Translations under genes and position numbers: made by a program
NCBI GenBank assembly: GCA_013791675.1
Contig: VMTI01000208.1
Span: 1-49,237, forward strand
Direction: 5' to 3'
Length of the DNA: 49,237 bases
Source: a bacterium
Lineage (GTDB): Bacteria; CG03
Notes under the pieces: generated by a model
What the model was told of the DNA's origin: nothing
Seen by the model: the letters and a program-made list of their open reading frames with translations, nothing else
The model's database searches: none
Shown: positions 46,601 to 49,237 of the stretch, one piece after another
Position numbering within the stretch: position 1 is the stretch's first letter
Layout: the number at the start of each line of letters is the position of its first letter

Positions 46601-49237
46601 GCCATCAAAGCCCGTGACGGCGTCAACTGGGCGATCTGGCCCGGCACCTCGGCTATTATCAATTCTCAGAATTACAGCTACACAAGCTCATCCGCTCCGG
46701 CTCCGGTGAACGATCTTTTGGCAACGCAGGGCGATATAGAAGGTAAAATACTTCTCAGCTGGACAGCTCCGGGCGACGACGGCACAACTGGGGCGCTTGT
46801 TTCAGGAAGCCGTTTCCTTATAAGGTATTCCACAAAAGAGGCGCAGGTATGGGACGATATGGATTACAGTTTCAACATCAGCACGGCAGTCGCCGCCTTA
46901 ACGGAAAGCTCTCATGTTTTTACCGGTCTTGAAACCGGCGCCACTTATTATTTCTATATAAAAACCGCCGACGAAAGGCCGAACTGGTCGCCGCTTTCAA
47001 ATAAAACGACGGCCTGGGCTCAAGTTGCCGTTGACGGTTTATCAAACGGAATTCTCACCGACGGAGACCACGACTGGAGTTTTGAACAGGTGACATCAAA
47101 AGCGAAATGGACTTACAACGGCGGAACTGCCGCGGACTACGAATCAACCACTACTCCTTATGACAGAGAGCAATTGTTCAAATGGTCAACGCTGACAACT
47201 AATTGGTCGGGAAGAGAAATTGTGACAAATAATTTCATAAACGGTGTGCTGGCTAAATCGTCTAACACAGCAAGTGTGCGGTGGCGCTCAACATCCGGTA
47301 CTTTTGCCAATGCCCGTTTAAGAATTGTTGTTGAGTGGTATGATACGTCGTATAATCTTATATCAAAAAGCACAAGCACGGAATTTTCTCTCTCTACGCA
47401 AGATGACTGGTATCAGGCGACCTCCACATTTACGGCTCCGGTGGATTCTAAAAAAGCGAAGCTGAGATTTCAGGCTCTTTTTGTCGGCGGCGACGCAATT
47501 GTTTATCTGGATTCGGCTGGTTTCTGGACGGAAGGCGGCGACGAATACGCGCCTTGCCCCGTATCAAATCTGACCGCTTTAAGTCTGGGGACGGGGCTGG
47601 GGAGTCAGTTAACTCTTGAATGGACTGCCCCCGGCGCCGACGGAACTGGAACAGCCAATGTCACATCCTACGAAGTAAAATACGCCACGAAATATATATC
47701 TTCTTCTGATTTCGGCGCCGTCTGGACGAGCGTTTATCCGCAGAGCTGGACGCCCGTGACTTTCGGAACGAAGGAGAGCCGTCTGCTCACCGGCCTGGAC
47801 GAGGGAAGCACTTATTATTTTGCTGTTAAAGCGACGGAAGGAAATTACTGGAGCGCATGGCCGGGCACCTCCTCCGTCGTGAACAGTTTGAGTTTTAATT
47901 TTCCCACTTCGTCCGCTCCCGCAAAAGTAAATAACCTTTCGGCTTTAACGGGCCCGGTCGGCGGGTCTGTCAAACTCAACTGGACGTCGCCGGGCGATGA
48001 CGGCACGACGGGTTTTATATCGGGGCAGCTGCACATAAAATATTCTGCGACTGACGAGGCATGGGGTGCCATGCCGAACGAAATATTTATTTCAACGGAA
48101 GTGGCCGCCGTCACGGATTGTTCCTATACGGTTACGGGCCTAACCGAAGGCGTCACATATTATTTTTACATTAAGACGTCGGATGAGAAACCGAACTGGG
48201 CGGAAGAATCCAATAAAGCGTTTGCAGGGGCAGAGAGAACACCGCCGCCCGCGCCTAACGGACTTTTGTTTTATGATATTCACGACTGGAGTTTTGAGAA
48301 CTCCAGCAGCACCGCTAAATGGTCTTACACAACGACAAATGCCGAGTATGGCTCTGCCACCAAGCAGTATGACAGGAATAAATCCTTTAAGTGGGGAACG
48401 CTGACAACCTCGTGGGGAGGCCGCGAGATAGTGACGGATAATTTCATAGCCGGCCTTGTGAGCAATTCATCCCACACCGCAAGCATACAATGGATGACTT
48501 CATCCGTGGAATTCACGGAGCCCTCCGCAAGATTTATAGTCGAGTGGTACAACAGTTCAAACTCTCTCATATCAAAGAGCACCGGCACGGAATTTTCGCT
48601 TTCTTCAACAGGCGGCTGGCATTTGATGACATCCACTTTTACATCGCCTGCCGACACCAGAAAGGCGAAGCTGATGGTCCAGTCAAAGAAGATCACAACG
48701 AGTTCATCAACGTTTGTTTATTTTGACGCTGCCGGCTTCTGGGCGGGCGAATGGGATGAAGTGCCGCCCGGCGCAATCAGCAATCTCACGGCGCTTTCTC
48801 AGGGAACGAATCTCAGCGGCGATATCACCCTCAAATGGACGGCTCCCGGCTCCGACGGGACGGGCCGGGAAGATCTTTATGCCTACGAGGTGAAATACGC
48901 CACAAAATATATTTCGACTAACGACTATGACGCGAGCTGGACAAGCGTTTATTCACAGAACTGGACGCCCGCGAATTTCGGCAGCGGAGAAACTCACATA
49001 CTCACCGGCCTGGCCGAAGGAGCGACTTATTTCTTTGCCGTAAAGGGTTATGATGAGAGGAACTGGGGCGTGTGGCCTGGCACATCGTCAGCCGTAAACA
49101 GTTTGAGTTTTAAGTTAGCGTCGTCTTCCGCTCCTGCGGCGGTCAATGATTTGAACGCTGTAACGGGTGCGGCCGCGGGTGAGATAGATTTGTCGTGGAC
49201 AACGCCGGGCGACGACGGCACCACGGGAGATTTAATC
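43664..49237 (+). CDS. 5' part (at least 1,858 codons, no stop within window) of a secreted repeat-modular surface protein: signal peptide, jelly-roll-like N-domain, FN3-like modules, lamin-tail-like domain, CBM-like domains
   Basis: Not in the ORF track. In-frame TGA at 43628, first ATG at 43664. I checked every TAA/TAG/TGA string between 43664 and 49237 and none is in this phase. The window ends exactly in phase. N-terminus MLMEKLRHKRGVIGRLFRPLVSILVLFPILSLLLCSAPAFA/AD is a signal peptide. Ten W-T-[AST]-P-G-x-D-G-T modules. Confidence 0.92.
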   Translation, partial: MLMEKLRHKRGVIGRLFRPLVSILVLFPILSLLLCSAPAFAADLINENFDTAGYFPPAGWARNNVAITTNTTSPNSAPYRVTGFAGGTRYFFTPLLTNPDNLTLYLLVSNTASIFEISVGTSQVVSGDWTVVFTTGGLTSWAQNSVDLSSYNDIYVRFRRSAGANFFYIDDVVVTARETIPPCAISNLTAIAGSKAGTVLLKWTAPGDDGTGTANASAYLVKYATKYISTDDFYAPWVSTYTQSWIPAAFGAEEGTTGNRVISSLDQGTTYWFAIKTKDDLNNWSSWTSSGTVSWVNTSNSTRTLIVPPTPPAAISNLTALTGDTIQGTIKLQWTAPGGDGTSGGNASAYEVKYATKYIGTNDYYASWVSTYTQDWIPADAGTEEGTSGNRVISGLNPGAMYWFALKARDEEMDWSVWTSSGDNPSVNVLNSTTAYLNEPPSAVSNLTALSEGSGLSGEITLKWTAPGSDGTNGTASAYELKYSTKYISADDYASSWTNLYAQSWTPNAGGSEELHILTGFKERTTYYFAVKTYDGHSWSVWPGSSSVPSPYINPDSFNFTTSSAPAPVGDLSSGTGTGGGSVILSWTAPGDDGTQGDLISGSKFLVKYSSYPAKDWDAMDYSWYISTVTAAGSSNAFTVTGLIERATYYFYIKTADERPNWSPLSNKTTTWAMFTYPRGDLVIDEISWKISESGDSLVGNKRYVEIQNRSTWTVGISHYYVGTGGASDDMHWSSGVIPPGGFWVIVDGAGTDQSLGNRIYTFENNSDLGTLFDLVATDDVIVISTANTAGLGQNKDKIIDFVAYTDGTNTPVAEPIADVNAAIDAGQWDLYGTGASSCVWASNDSQPGVIITEDFIHRIQYDDIAGNLATHFTVTSYPCIGDTMEFIPPAAVSNLTALTGGNGHGGEIKLEWTAPGDDGTGGGDAAAYQLKYATRQIGADDYDASWTNLYAQSWTPVTFGTAESRILSMPIEGATYYFAIKARDGVNWAIWPGTSAIINSQNYSYTSSSAPAPVNDLLATQGDIEGKILLSWTAPGDDGTTGALVSGSRFLIRYSTKEAQVWDDMDYSFNISTAVAALTESSHVFTGLETGATYYFYIKTADERPNWSPLSNKTTAWAQVAVDGLSNGILTDGDHDWSFEQVTSKAKWTYNGGTAADYESTTTPYDREQLFKWSTLTTNWSGREIVTNNFINGVLAKSSNTASVRWRSTSGTFANARLRIVVEWYDTSYNLISKSTSTEFSLSTQDDWYQATSTFTAPVDSKKAKLRFQALFVGGDAIVYLDSAGFWTEGGDEYAPCPVSNLTALSLGTGLGSQLTLEWTAPGADGTGTANVTSYEVKYATKYISSSDFGAVWTSVYPQSWTPVTFGTKESRLLTGLDEGSTYYFAVKATEGNYWSAWPGTSSVVNSLSFNFPTSSAPAKVNNLSALTGPVGGSVKLNWTSPGDDGTTGFISGQLHIKYSATDEAWGAMPNEIFISTEVAAVTDCSYTVTGLTEGVTYYFYIKTSDEKPNWAEESNKAFAGAERTPPPAPNGLLFYDIHDWSFENSSSTAKWSYTTTNAEYGSATKQYDRNKSFKWGTLTTSWGGREIVTDNFIAGLVSNSSHTASIQWMTSSVEFTEPSARFIVEWYNSSNSLISKSTGTEFSLSSTGGWHLMTSTFTSPADTRKAKLMVQSKKITTSSSTFVYFDAAGFWAGEWDEVPPGAISNLTALSQGTNLSGDITLKWTAPGSDGTGREDLYAYEVKYATKYISTNDYDASWTSVYSQNWTPANFGSGETHILTGLAEGATYFFAVKGYDERNWGVWPGTSSAVNSLSFKLASSSAPAAVNDLNAVTGAAAGEIDLSWTTPGDDGTTGDLI
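44216..45700 (+). repeat. in-frame array of three A-type (~130 aa) and one B-type (~110 aa) FN3-like modules
   Basis: Equivalent I/V-S-N-L codons at 44216, 44606 and 44993 (spacing 390 and 387 nt). B-type V-G-D-L at 45368. Each has L.WTAPGxDGT ... Y.[VL]KY ... G.TY[YW]F hallmark strands. Confidence 0.8.
46340..49237 (+). repeat. ~1.2-kb in-frame tandem supermodule [A-type FN3 | B-type FN3 | CBM-like], 2.4 copies, truncated by the window end
   Basis: Equivalent codons: V/I-S-N-L at 46340/47561/48776, V-N-[DN]-L at 46706/47927/49142, H-D-W-S-F at 47069/48281. Periods are 1221 and 1215 nt. Confidence 0.85.

Noticed and set aside
43073-48696. Track ORFs overlapping the VanZ gene and the giant ORF (e.g. 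43073..43489 -, 43123..43440 +, 43648..43926 -, 45711..46025 -, 47845..48114 -, 48325..48696 -)
   Set aside because: They are short, antisense or off-phase, with low-complexity or Arg/Pro/Ser-rich translations. Each lies entirely inside a much longer ORF that has clear domain content. They are shadow ORFs.
44216-49237. Regular periodicity that might be taken for a CRISPR array or non-coding tandem repeat
   Set aside because: The repeat units are 366-390 nt and ~1.2 kb, diverged from one another, and always a multiple of 3. They lie in one uninterrupted reading frame encoding recognisable beta-sandwich modules. No short identical repeats alternate with unique spacers.

Overview
This 49.2-kb chromosomal window comes from a compact, diderm-type bacterial genome. 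The organism cannot be identified from the sequence alone. Layout: (1) 325-7193 is a tightly overlapped housekeeping operon, hisS-thrC-folK-panC-gatCAB. (2) 7190-9757 holds two stand-alone receiver proteins and a HAMP histidine kinase. (3) 9757-30996 is a ~21-kb glycan-assembly supercluster. It has about 11 glycosyltransferase-like genes, a NodB deacetylase, two GDP-mannose-4,6-dehydratase-family paralogues, a TylCIII-type sugar C-methyltransferase, another SAM methyltransferase and rfbA/rfbB. An AT-rich AbiEi/AbiEii type IV toxin-antitoxin (abortive infection) pair interrupts it at 11.8-13.3 kb, and it contains an AT-rich, partly inverted core at about 19.6-27 kb. (4) 30993-43594 holds a CNT nucleoside transporter with an unusual insertion, tatD, an LpoB-like/TPR/beta-barrel envelope module, a degenerate MBL-fold lipoprotein, a HAMP-only protein, an SDR, an NSS transporter, a HAD phosphatase, a discoidin-like lipoprotein, and SPFH and VanZ proteins. 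(5) From 43664 to the last base runs an open-ended ORF of at least 1,858 codons that is absent from the supplied ORF track. It encodes a signal peptide followed only by beta-sandwich modules: 10 FN3-like modules of two classes, one lamin-tail-like domain and two CBM-like domains. Its last 2.9 kb is a ~1.2-kb in-frame tandem supermodule that is still running at the window edge, so this may be the 5' end of a very large surface-protein gene. I recognised no rRNA, tRNA, CRISPR array, transposase or integrase. All calls come from reading motifs by eye. Domain borders are approximate, GC statements rest on a few hand-counted 60-nt lines, and no database search was run.
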